DNA of 48,676 bases, from contig NC_068994.1 of the NCBI RefSeq assembly GCF_001194135.2, positions 53,887,086 to 53,935,761 on the forward strand. The letters are read 5' to 3'. A program made the translations under genes and the position numbers. This document shows, one piece after another, positions 38,455 to 48,676 of the stretch; positions within the stretch are counted from its first letter, which is position 1, and each line of letters begins with the position of its first letter. The stretch is from Octopus bimaculoides (Eukaryota). The notes under the pieces were generated by a model that saw nothing but the letters and a program-made list of their open reading frames with translations, did no database searches and was not told the DNA's origin.

Positions 38455-38815
38455 TGCAGGTATGGCTGTGTGGTAAAAAGTTTGCTTCTTAACCACATGG
38501 TTCTGAGTTCAGTGCCACTGTGTGGCACCCTGGGCAAGTATCTTCTACTATTGCTTTGGGCCGATGAAAGCCTTGTGAGTGGTATGTGTTTGTAGAGATG
38601 TGTGTTTGTAGAGGTGTGTGACCCCCTACCACTGCTTGACAGGTGTAGTTGGAGTATCTATGTCCTCTTAACTTAGCAGTTCAGCAAAAGAGACTGATAG
38701 AATAAGTATCAGGCTTTAAAAAAAATAAGTACTGGGATTGATTCATTCAACTAAAATTTTTCAAGGTGGTGTCCAGCATGGCCACGGTCAAATACCTGAA
38801 ACAAGTAAAAGATTA
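38455..38815 (+). mobile_element. SINE family A, full length
   Basis: gtgcaggtatggctgtgtggtaaaaag...gagttcagtgccactgtgtggcaccctgggcaagt...caaggtggtgtccagcatggcc. Confidence 0.85.
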
Positions 38816-39859
38816 AAACTAAAAAGTTTTAAGCATTCAGAAATTTAAAAAAATTTTCTCACCCCTTAGCTTTTACTTTTATCATCATACATACTTATGT
38901 AACAAGTTTAAATTTTTGACTTGTGATGAACAATGATGTGTTGGATACTGTAGGGGTTCATTGTTTAGTTATATTGTTTGTTTATNNNNNNNNNNNNNNN
39001 NNNNNNNNNNNNNNNNNNNNNNNNNNNNNNNNNNNNNNNNNNNNNNNNNNNNNNNNNNNNNNNNNNNNNNNNNNNNNNNNNNNNNNNNNNNNNNNNNNNN
39101 NNNNNNNNNNNNNNNNNNNNNNNNNNNNNNNNNNNNNNNNNNNNNNNNNNNNNNNNNNNNNNNNNNNNNNNNNNNNNNNNNNNNNNNNNNNNNNNNNNNN
39201 NNNNNNNNNNNNNNNNNNNNNNNNNNNNNNNNNNNNNNNNNNNNNNNNNNNNNNNNNNNNNNNNNNNNNNNNNNNNNNNNNNNNNNNNNNNNNNNNNNNN
39301 NNNNNNNNNNNNNNNNNNNNNNNNCATTTATATAAACACGTATATATACATATATACACGCACATATATATATTCACGCACACATATACATACAACAGAG
39401 TGTTACATGTCATATGACGAGTAACTTTTGAAGTATACATTTACCACCATGGGTTATATCAGGAAATGTGGTATATATATAACAATTATAATTTAAATTT
39501 TATTACTTTGGGTTTTGAGAGTACTTATACCAAATGATGAAATAAAACACTAATTTAAAAAAAAAAAAATTATTACCTTAAAATTAAATAAAACAAATTT
39601 CCCATTTGTATGACTTCTCCCGTAACTCTTGTCATTTACTGCCCCTCTTTCTCTTCTTCTGTCTCTATGATTCTTTCTCTCACATTGTGTCTGTTATAGC
39701 ATTCTTTTACTCATTGCCTGCCACCAAACCTAGTATGTACACTCGTCCTGTTCCTCTTAAGTTAATTCTGTGTATCTCTCTTTTAGTCTCTTTTTCCCCT
39801 TCTCTATTTGATGCCCACATATATGAGTGTGTGTGTGTGTGTGTATATATTTGTGTGTC

Positions 39860-40420
39860 TGTGTCTGTCCCCCCCACCATTGTTTGACAACTGATGTTGG
39901 TGTGTTTACATCCCTGTAACTTAGTGGTTCAACAAAAGATGCCGATAGAATAAGCACTAAGCTTACAAAGAATAAGTCCTGAGGTTGATTTTCTCGGCTA
40001 GAGGTGGTGCTCCAGCATGGCCACAGTCAAATGACTGAAACAAACAAAAGAATAAAAGAATAGATATATTTCCTGTATCATACAAGTTGTCCCTCTGTCA
40101 TACTTTAGCCTTTCAACATCTGACATAAAGCCACCCACTTCCACCTCTCCCTCTCAGATACTCCTTGCTTAGTTGTGGGAGCTTATTCTTTTCCCTTTTT
40201 TCCCTGTTCTTTTTCTGTCATGCAAGTTACTCAAGAACCTCTCTAGTACCAGTGGCATAAAAAAATAAAGCATCCAATACACTCTGTAAAGTGGTTGGCA
40301 TTAGGAAGGGCATCCTGTAGTAGAAACCATGCCAAAGCTGACATATAGGCATTCAATGTGGCCTTGCTCACCAGGTCCTGTCAAACCACCCTAAACATGG
40401 AAAGCAGACATTAAATGACA
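39860..40420 (+). mobile_element. SINE family A 3' part (about 39860-40060) followed by a family C copy (about 40090-40420)
   Basis: aggtggtgctccagcatggccacagtcaaatgactgaaac; gtggttggcattaggaagggcatcc. Confidence 0.8.
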
Positions 40421-42666
40421 ATGGTGATGATGATGACGATTTCTTTATTCCGTCAATGTATTCCATCTCTCATTTGTTTATAATCCCAAAATATCAAACT
40501 ACAAGATAAAACTTCATCTGTTGTTCTGTTTCCATTTTTCTATTTCATTTTGCATTGTTCTGGCCTGATCAAAAAAGTTTCTATACCATATCATATCACA
40601 CAATGCTTCACCCTGTTTTAATATACGCCTACATCTACATCTCTCTCTATATATTTTATACCCCATATACATACATGCATACAAAAATTACATAACCCCT
40701 ACTTTTACCTGCATTTAGGACTTCCAAAGTCTTTATGTAAGTTGATAGCATCACCTCAACTCTCCATATCTATACCTATTATCAATATTATGAAATTATT
40801 CTTTTGAATTCAAACCCCTAACTCTCACTTATTAATCCATTAGCAGAAGAAAAGGTTATTTGTCTAATTCTGCCAATTTTAGTGTTAGCTACTTATTCCA
40901 TATCGTAGTTTTCTCACTTTTTCTTTAGTTTTTCCCGTTTTTAACTTTTTTGGCGTCAACTTTTCTTCTGACTAATTTTCTGTAAAATCAATTATCTAAC
41001 ATACCTTACTCCAATGGAAAAACATTTGACTTGGAACTGACAAGTGAATCTATAAACCTATTTCCTTTGCTAAAAGCCATTATATCTACAATTCAATGAA
41101 AGAAATAAACATAGTTCACTGAAATTCTTCATACGGCAATTACTTCCGTTTTATTTTTAAAATCTAAAAGCTAAGTTAAGAGTCGGGTTTTTTTACATGT
41201 TTTCATGAAGTTTTTTTTTCTTACTATTGTAGAGATTTTCTATCCACCCACCACCCAGTTATTTATTATATTACTATTAGAAATTCTTTCTATGTTAAAG
41301 AATATGCAAAAAAAAAAAAAGATTTCTGCTCATTTTTTTAATTTTAAAATAATTCTTCTACACAAGTCTATCCAAATATAAAAATGATTATATACTGAAA
41401 GTGTTTCATCTCCTGCTAGGAAGTGTCATTTTGATTCACGCTTTCTTTTGCAATGTATTTTAAATTTGTGANNNNNNNNNNNNNNNNNNNNNNNNNNNNN
41501 NNNNNNNNNNNNNNNNNNNNNNNNNNNNNNNNNNNNNNNNNNNNNNNNNNNNNNNNNNNNNNNNNNNNNNNNNNNNNNNNNNNNNNNNNNNNNNNNNNNN
41601 NNNNNNNNNNNNNNNNNNNNNNNNNNNNNNNNNNNNNNNNNNNNNNNNNNNNNNNNNNNNNNNNNNNNNNNNNNNNNNNNNNNNNNNNNNNNNNNNNNNN
41701 NNNNNNNNNNNNNNNNNNNNNNNNNNNNNNNNNNNNNNNNNNNNNNNNNNNNNNNNNNNNNNNNNNNNNNNNNNNNNNNNNNNNNNNNNNNNNNNNNNNN
41801 NNNNNNNNNNNNNNNNNNNNNNNNNNNNNNNNNNNNNNNNNNNNNNNNNNNNNNNNNNNNNNNNNNNNNNNNNNNNNNNNNNNNNNNNNNNNNNNNNNNN
41901 NNNNNNNNNNNNNNNNNNNNNNNNNNNNNNNNNNNNNNNNNNNNNNNNNNNNNNNNNNNNNNNNNNNNNNNNNNNNNNNNNNNNNNNNNNNNNNNNNNNN
42001 NNNNNNNNNNNNNNNNNNNNNNNNNNNNNNNNNNNNNNNNNNNNNNNNNNNNNNNNNNNNNNNNNNNNNNNNNNNNNNNNNNNNNNNNNNNNNNNNNNNN
42101 NNNNNNNNNNNNNNNNNNNNNNNNNNNNNNNNNNNNNNNNNNNNNNNNNNNNNNNNNNNNNNNNNNNNNNNNNNNNNNNNNNNNNNNNNNNNNNNNNNNN
42201 NNNNNNNNNNNNNNNNNNNNNNNNNNNNNNNNNNNNNNNNNNNNNNNNNGGTGGTGGTGATAACGGTGACGGTGGTGACAGCGGTGAGAGGTGGGGCTTC
42301 GGGGAGAGAGAGAGAGAGAGAGAGAGAACTAAGCTATAGATTTCAGGGTCAGCTCCAGCTACGATTGAATTGCCGATCAAGTGGCAAGAACAAATAAATC
42401 AACTTCACTAATTGATTTATTACTCTGAGGTGAGCAGGCAATTAGTATTTTCTGAAATATATGTTTTACTGACTTGTTACTGGCTTCCCATGATAAAAGC
42501 GGAGGTTGTGCTTCTTCATTATTTCGGATTTAACAAAATCCAAGCTTGTCAGATAAAATATAGACAAATTTAACATTTGTTTATATATATATAGGTATAT
42601 AGATATATACACACACACATAATTATATATAGATACATACAAACATACATACATATATGTATCGCC

Positions 42667-43049
42667 GTGGCACTCCGTCAGTTACAACGACAAGGGTTCC
42701 GGTTGATCCGATCAACGGAACAGCCTTCTTGTGAAATTAACGTGCAAGTGGCTGAGCACTCCACAGACACGTGTACCCTTAACATAGTTCTCAGGGAGAT
42801 TCAGTGTGATGCAGAGTGTGACAAGGCTGGCCCCTTTGAAATACAGGTACGACAGAAACAGGAAGTAAGAGTGAGAGAAAGTTGTGGTGAAAGAGTACAG
42901 CAGGGTTCGTCACCACCCCCTGCCAGAGCCTCGTGGAACTTTAGGTGTTTCTGCTCGATAAACACTCACAACGACCGGTCTGGTAATCAAAATTGCGATC
43001 CTATGATCGCAAGTCCACTGCCCTAACCACTGAACCATCGCACTTCCAC
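42667..43049 (-). mobile_element. SINE with the family E 3' region but a different head and core (E variant)
   Basis: 42667-42850 matches the E tail (gttgatccgatcaac...gtggctgagcactccacagacacg...gacaaggctggcccc); 42851-43049 differs and ends in a tRNA-like head (minus strand tggttcagtggttaggg). Confidence 0.85.
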
Positions 43050-43668
43050 TATAGATATATACACACATACACAATTATACATACATATATATATATATAT
43101 ACATGCATAATATATATATATGTATGTTTATATCTAACTTTTACCGTGACTATAATAATTAAGTAAAAAAGTTTTTTTTTTTTTTTCTTCAAATTGGCTA
43201 GCAATTACATTTAAAGATTTATATTAAAAACAATTTAGCCAGTACATGGTTTTTGAAATTGAAAATTTACAAAAGATTGTTTTTAAAAAAAAACTTAAAA
43301 GAAACTTTCCGATGCCAGTTTAAGAATGGCCATTCAGAAGTGAAGATCCTCAAACTTTATATTTGGTAGAATGCTATATTTCGGCACCATCTTTTGCTTA
43401 CTTTAAATTGGAATGGTGACTATGAAACTTTCTTCAGATTTTCTTAAACAAGGTAAACCAGTGTTTTATTTTTTTTTTTTTAAAGTTAATTTGCTAGTGT
43501 ATACACAAATTAAAATTCATTTCAAAACTTATATTTGAGACAACTTGCTTGTCAAATAATTTGTTTAAACTTTTGAATTTACATATATATGAATCTTCAG
43601 AAAGTATTCATCTTCATCATCATCATCATCACCATCATCACCATCGTTATTAGTATTGTTATTATTTA

Positions 43669-43721
<53 letters not shown>

Positions 43722-43736
43722 GTTGTTGTTGTTGTT

Positions 43737-43925
43737 AAGGCAGCGAGTTGGTAGAATCGTTAGCGGCATTTCGTCCATCTTTATGTTCTAAGTTCAAATT
43801 CCACTGAGGTCAACTTTGCCTTTCATCATTTTGGGGTTGATAAAATAAGTACCAGTGAAACACTGGAGTCGATGTAATCAACTAGTCCCCTTGTTTCAGG
43901 CCTTGTGCCTATAGTAGAAAAGATT
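43737..43925 (+). mobile_element. SINE family B inside a (TTA)n tract
   Basis: aaggcagcgagttggtagaatcgttagc...agttcaaattccactgaggtcaactttgcctttcatc...cctatagtagaaaagattatc. Confidence 0.9.
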
Positions 43926-44083
43926 ATCATTATTATTATTATTATTATTATTATTACTTTGGGAGTTTTATTTGTTTTTTCTTTGTTATTCTATTTACAC
44001 GTTCTAAAACCCTTTGTATCGTCCTGTTTTGTCATTCCATATTGCTTTTGTATTAGCCCTTGTGGCCAATAAAAGAATAAATT

Positions 44084-44121
<38 letters not shown>

Positions 44122-44940
44122 TATTATTATTAAATGCATGTGTACATAATTTCTATTCTTTTGAATACGTTTATTAATGAAGGGACAAGAACTTTACCTC
44201 TTTTTATATGATCTTAATTTTGTTTCCTGGTCGTAAACAAATCAAACATTATGTAATTATTTTTGTTGTTTGTAACAACATGGTAACAGTTTAACCAGAA
44301 TCATCTACACCTCGGGCTGGTTTTGCGACCCCTCATCACTCTCACAACTAGAATCCCCACCCCACTACCTTGTATTCCACTGTCACCACCACCACCAACT
44401 TCTGGCTATTTTCACCTGATTTTCATGTACTTCAATGATGTTCATTGATGGTTTGTAGCTGTTGTTGTCCTCATTGTAAATATGCGTTAGGCCCAGTAGA
44501 TATCTAAATATCTCCTGTTCTCCTGATATCAGAACTTTCAAATATAGGCACCACATAAGCTGTAACGAAGAATTCATGAAGCCTACTCCCTTTTTTTCCC
44601 CCACTGTGGTCTAGGGAAAGTTTTCCTCTCTGTGCAGTCACCCTCTAGGTGTCGGTCTGCACAGCTGCTGTAAGATGTCCAGTATTTTGCACTTTGACAT
44701 AATCAATGACAACTACAATAACAACAACAACAGCAATACTCAACTACATCATCAATAATTTTCTCCAAACAAAACTACAAAGTTGTCTCCTTCAACAGAC
44801 TGATGTAAATTACTTTGAATGGAAACATTTTGACAAGACAATCTGCACCTGACATGCTGTCAGTTATGACAACGAGGGTTCCAGTTGATCCGATCAACAG
44901 AACAGCCTGCTTGTGAAATTAGCATAAAAGTGGCTGAGTA

Positions 44941-45102
44941 CCATATTTTAACATATATAACGAACCCCCTAATTTGGGGGGCTTAAAATTTGGAAAAAAA
45001 AGTTTTGTAAGGGATTATAATACTATCTGTATATAAGAAACTCCTATATTTTTTTAACCTAAATTTTGACAAAAAGGGTTTTTTATATACGTTAAAATAT
45101 GG
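44941..45102. mobile_element. Tc1/mariner-pogo-type MITE (162 bp) with TA target-site duplication
   Basis: TIRs ccatattttaacatatataacgaaccc versus ccatattttaacgtatataaaaaaccc (reverse complement of 45076-45102), 24/27 identical; TA at 44939-44940 and 45103-45104. Confidence 0.9.
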
Positions 45103-45122
45103 TACTTCATAGACATGCTTAA

Positions 45123-45316
45123 CAGGGGTGTATATTCTGGGTATATTAGGTCTGCACTGCACACCCATCAAAAATGGCAAATTCGTTATAAATATTAACC
45201 TCACTCGTTAATTTAATCCCAAATCTTTATGGAAAACTTTTGTTATGCCCCTGCTTGAAATTTGGTGGCATTGGGTGTGGCAACACACCCAATACAACAA
45301 CCATTATATGCCACTG
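45123..45316. mobile_element. hAT-like MITE (194 bp)
   Basis: Imperfect TIRs of about 45 bp, caggggtgtata...cacaccca versus cagtggcatata...cacaccca (reverse complement); flanking 8-mers atgcttaa and gtgcgtac match at 5/8. Confidence 0.7.
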
Positions 45317-45667
45317 GTGCGTACCCTTAACATAGTTCTCAGGGAGATTCAGTGTGACACAGCCTGTGGACAAGGCTGGCCCTTTTGAAATACAGGTGCT
45401 ACTCATTTTTGCCAGCTGAGTGGACTGGAGCAATGTGAAATAAAGTGCCTTGCTCAAGGGCACCGTGTGCTGCTGAGAATTGAACTCACAGTCTTATGAA
45501 CATGAACCGAGTACCCTATCCACTAAACCACATACCTTCACTATTCTGCATCTACAAGTATAACAACAACAACAACAAAAACATGTCAACAGCAACATTA
45601 CCGCCATCTCCACCACCAGGAGCAAAGGACTCTGACCAACACATCAAAACCCTATGTAGACATGCAA

Positions 45668-45830
45668 ATTGCTAGAAATAGCAGCTAAATTTCTCTCAAT
45701 TCAGATGCTTTCATCTTAAATAATAAAAGACTGCATTAGAGTATGTAGTTTTCTAAGCACTTATAGAAACAACGGAACAGATATACTTTGGCTAGAATGC
45801 CTAGGGTCAACCTGAAGTTACACAGCAACA
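45668..45830 (+). repeat. Family D copy
   Basis: ttgctagaaatagcagctaaatttctctcaa...ggctagaatgcc...caacaacaac. Confidence 0.65.
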
Positions 45831-46133
45831 ACAACAAAAGACTCCCTCTTTTATCTACCGACTGCCACCATTATTACCATAGTGACCAACCTCATTACAA
45901 TCTGTCACACCATCACCCCAGTCTGTGTTTGTTCAAACCTAATTCACTAACTTTATAATACTTGTGCATATAATATTCTTCTCTGTGTTTGGTCTTCAAC
46001 TATTTTCAAGTTTTTACACTTACACTAATGAATTACCCCCATTTCAATGGCTACTGACTTGATGGTCGACAAACATTTCCCTTTATACATACATACATAT
46101 ATACATACATACATACATACATACATACATACA

Positions 46134-46159
<26 letters not shown>

Positions 46160-46167
<8 letters not shown>

Positions 46168-46222
46168 AAATCTGAAAATTCAGAAATTTCAGAAAATACA
46201 GAATTTTCAGATTTTTTATATG
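46160..46222. repeat. 22-bp inverted repeat with a 19-nt spacer
   Basis: catatataaaatctgaaaattc / gaattttcagattttttatatg, one mismatch. Confidence 0.85.
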
Positions 46223-46281
46223 CTAGGCCATTGGTTTTAAATTGATGTTAATTAAATTAATATTCAATTTATCACCCTCAG

Positions 46282-46328
<47 letters not shown>

Positions 46329-46330
<2 letters not shown>

Positions 46331-46597
46331 TAGTTGTCTACTCCTTACACAGAGTTTAACCACCTCCTGCACCTACACCTTAGCCATTTCATGGCATCTG
46401 ACGTGGCTTTTTAAACCAGACAATGTTTTGAAAAAACACCCACACAGATTGCACCTTTGATTTGTACCTGCAGGTAAGTTCTGCTCATTGTGGATCNNNN
46501 NNNNNNACAGATTGCACCTTTGATTTGTACCTGCAGGTAAGTTCTGCTCATTGTGGATCCTAACATGTCTTTTAAGACCCCCATTGGATTTGCAATG
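46329..46597 (-). mobile_element. LINE 3' end (probably RTE-like) encoding two C2H2 zinc fingers
   Basis: HCKSNGGLKRHVRIH...CNLCGCFFKTLSGLKSHVRCH then TAG at 46373-46375; short 3' UTR with hairpin GGTGGTT...ACTC-loop-GAGT...AACTACC directly followed by (TA)n; no TGEKP linker. Confidence 0.65.
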
Positions 46598-46659
46598 TAT
46601 ATATATACATACATACACACACACATATCGTTGTCATCATCATCGTCAGCAGTAGTAGT

Positions 46660-46840
46660 TAATGTCCATTTTCCATGCTGGCATAGGTTGGATGGTTTGA
46701 CAGGAGGTGGCAAGCCAGAGAGGGCTGCACCAGGCCACAATTGTCTTGTTTTGGCATGGTTTCTATAGCTCGATGCTCTTCCTTATGCCAACCGCTTTAC
46801 AGAGGGTACTGGGTGCTTTTTACATGACACCAGCATGAGT
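46660..46840 (-). mobile_element. Family C copy
   Basis: ttaatgtccattttccatgctggcataggttggatggtttgac...gtactgggtgctttttac. Confidence 0.75.
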
Positions 46841-46934
46841 GCTTTTTACACACACATATACATACACAAACACATGTGTTTGTGTATATATGTGTGTGTG
46901 TGCATATTACTTGAGGAAATTCCAACGATATATA

Positions 46935-47143
46935 TGGCAAGCTGCCAGAATCGTTAGCATGCCGGGCGAAATGCTTAGTGGCATTTCATCTGTCTTTACA
47001 TTCTGAGTTCAAATTCCGCTGAGATCAGCTTTGTTGTTCATTCTTTCGGGGTCGATAAATTAAGTATCAGTTGCATACTGGGGTTGATCTAATGGACTGA
47101 CCCACTTCCAAAAAACTTTGGGCCTTGTGTCTAGAGTAGAAAA
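46935..47143 (+). mobile_element. SINE family B
   Basis: ggcaagctgccagaatcgttagcatgccgggcgaaatgc...gagttcaaattccgc...ggggtcgataaattaagtatcag. Confidence 0.9.
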
Positions 47144-47389
47144 GAAAAGGTTATACAATATTTAGCAAAAAACATTGTCATCATACACACCATGTCATTT
47201 ATTTGCAAAAAATCTGTAAAAACATGTCTACCCAGTGAACTGTTCGTATTTGAAGCACTTGGCAAAATATTACTTTGCTTGGGAACAGGTGAGAGTTGGC
47301 AGCAGGAAGAGCATCCAGCCAGAGAAAAATCTGCCTCAGCAAATTACTTTTGATCCATGATAGCATGGAAAAGTGAATTCTTTTATTCT

Positions 47390-47872
47390 TTTACTTGTTT
47401 CAGTCATTTGACTNNNNNNNNNNNNNNNNNNNNNNNNNNNNNNNNNNNNNNNNNNNNNNNNNNNNNNNNNNNNNNNNNNNNNNNNNNNNNNNNNNNNNNN
47501 NNNNNNNNNNNNNNNNNNNNNNNNNNNNNNNNNNNNNNNNNNNNNNNNNNNNNNNNNNNNNNNNNNNNNNNNNNNNNNNNNNNNNNNNNNNNNNNNNNNN
47601 NNNNNNNNNNNNNNNNNNNNNNNNNNNNNNNNNNNNNNTAAACACATCAGCATTGGTTGTCAAGCGATGGGGGACACACACACACTAGTACACACACACA
47701 CAATATATATATATATGACAGGCTTCTTTCAGTTTCCCTCTACCAAATCCACTCACAAAACTTTGGTCAGCCCGAGGCTATAGTAGAAGACGCTTGCCCA
47801 AGGCGCCACGCAGTGGGACTGAACCCAGAACCATGTGGTTGTGAAGCAAGCTTCTTACCACACAGCCATGCT
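47390..47872 (-). mobile_element. SINE family A spanning a gap
   Basis: gcccgaggctatagtagaagacgcttgcccaaggcgccacgcagtgggactgaacccagaaccatgtgg; the retained CpGs suggest a younger copy. Confidence 0.85.
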
Positions 47873-48194
47873 TGTTAGATTTTTTTTTTTTTTTACAAAC
47901 AACTTGCAGTTGCAAATGCCACCAGTTGAAAGCTCTGGATGAAAATATTGAATACAAACATATTTCCAGTTCAAATCTACTTGAGAAAGTCATTCACCGT
48001 ATTCTGTGATGGAGAAAAATTCTTGCTGTAGACAAAATACTTGACCAAATACAGTGAATAGCTTCCTTATAGATTTCAATATGCCTGCCAAACATATTTG
48101 AATTGGTAACAAGTTTGTATTTGAACACATCATTGCTGAGCACTTCTAATGCATATGTTAAATAATGATAATGATGAAATCTCCATCATCTTCA

Positions 48195-48420
48195 TTTCAA
48201 CATCCATTTTCCATGCTGGTATGGACGGTTTGACTGGAATGGACAGATCCAATGACTGTCTTATGCTCCATTGTCCACTTTAGCCTGATTTCTATGAGTG
48301 GACGCCCTTCCTAATGCCAACCACTTTACAACATGTACTGGGTACCTTTTCTTTTTCTTTTTTTTATTGTGACATCAGCACAGGTGAGGTTACCATGCGG
48401 GTTGCAAGAGATTATGAACC
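48195..48420 (-). mobile_element. Family C copy
   Basis: catccattttccatgctggtatggacggtttgac...gtggacgcccttcctaatgccaaccact. Confidence 0.75.
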
Positions 48421-48554
48421 CCGTAAAATACAGGAGAGTTTAAACTATGAGAGGAGAGGCAAGTTTAGAATAGGTTTCTCGCTGTAGAGGGCTTCATGCT
48501 TAACACACATACACACACATAATATGTGTATATGTGTATGTATATGTATATATC

Positions 48555-48654
<100 letters not shown>

Positions 48655-48676
48655 TATATATATACACATATATATA

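Larger units (their letters stand above)
44856..45541 (-). mobile_element. SINE family E interrupted by two MITEs
   Basis: Removing 44941-45104 and 45123-45316 restores gtggctgagta-cttcatagacatg...gtacccttaacatagttctcaggg, colinear with the 22196 and 42667 copies. Confidence 0.85.
4621..47638. other. Assembly gaps at 4621-4821, 5900-6174, 9546-9762, 10658-10667, 12444-13280, 15615-15994, 31708-31974, 34253-34262, 37161-37170, 38986-39324, 41472-42249, 46497-46506, 47414-47638
   Basis: Runs of N, many bordered by microsatellites, as expected in a draft short-read scaffold. Confidence 0.95.

Noticed and set aside
42667-43026. 119-aa ORF with ordinary-looking composition
   Set aside because: It is the antisense reading of a SINE; the same DNA recurs at 22196 and 44856 with stops.
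46444-46559. Exact 53-bp direct repeat that appears to duplicate the zinc-finger linker
   Set aside because: The two identical copies flank a 10-N placeholder gap, which is typical of an unmerged contig overlap.
46373-46624. Host C2H2 zinc-finger gene
   Set aside because: No TGEKP linker, the 5' end runs into (TA/CA)n with no splice acceptor, and the 3' end looks like a LINE terminus.

Overview
AT-rich eukaryotic DNA with 13 N-gaps and very dense microsatellites. The repeat families look like those of octopus/coleoid cephalopod genomes; this is recognition from memory, not a database hit. I find no intact protein-coding gene, RNA gene, CRISPR array or operon-like system, and almost all tracked ORFs are microsatellite, N-gap or antisense-repeat artefacts. 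The window is intergenic or intronic. It holds about 50 copies of five interspersed repeat families, labelled A-E here (A, B and E are tRNA-headed SINEs, C is an RTE-like 3' end, D is unclassified). It also holds an internally deleted Ty3/Gypsy LTR element (gag, protease, integrase stub, PPT, LTR), truncated LINE remnants (RTE, CR1-like, R4/Dong-like, and one ending in two C2H2 fingers) and two MITEs nested in one SINE. The only probable host-gene remnant is a frameshifted leucine-rich-repeat segment at 9765-10185 that the ORF track misses. I do not see a convincing previously undescribed system. The best second-look items are the LRR relic, the nested MITEs, the Gypsy deletion derivative, SINE modularity and (TAA)n clustering, and two fold-back insertions. 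Repeat boundaries are approximate (about +/-20 nt) unless termini are quoted.
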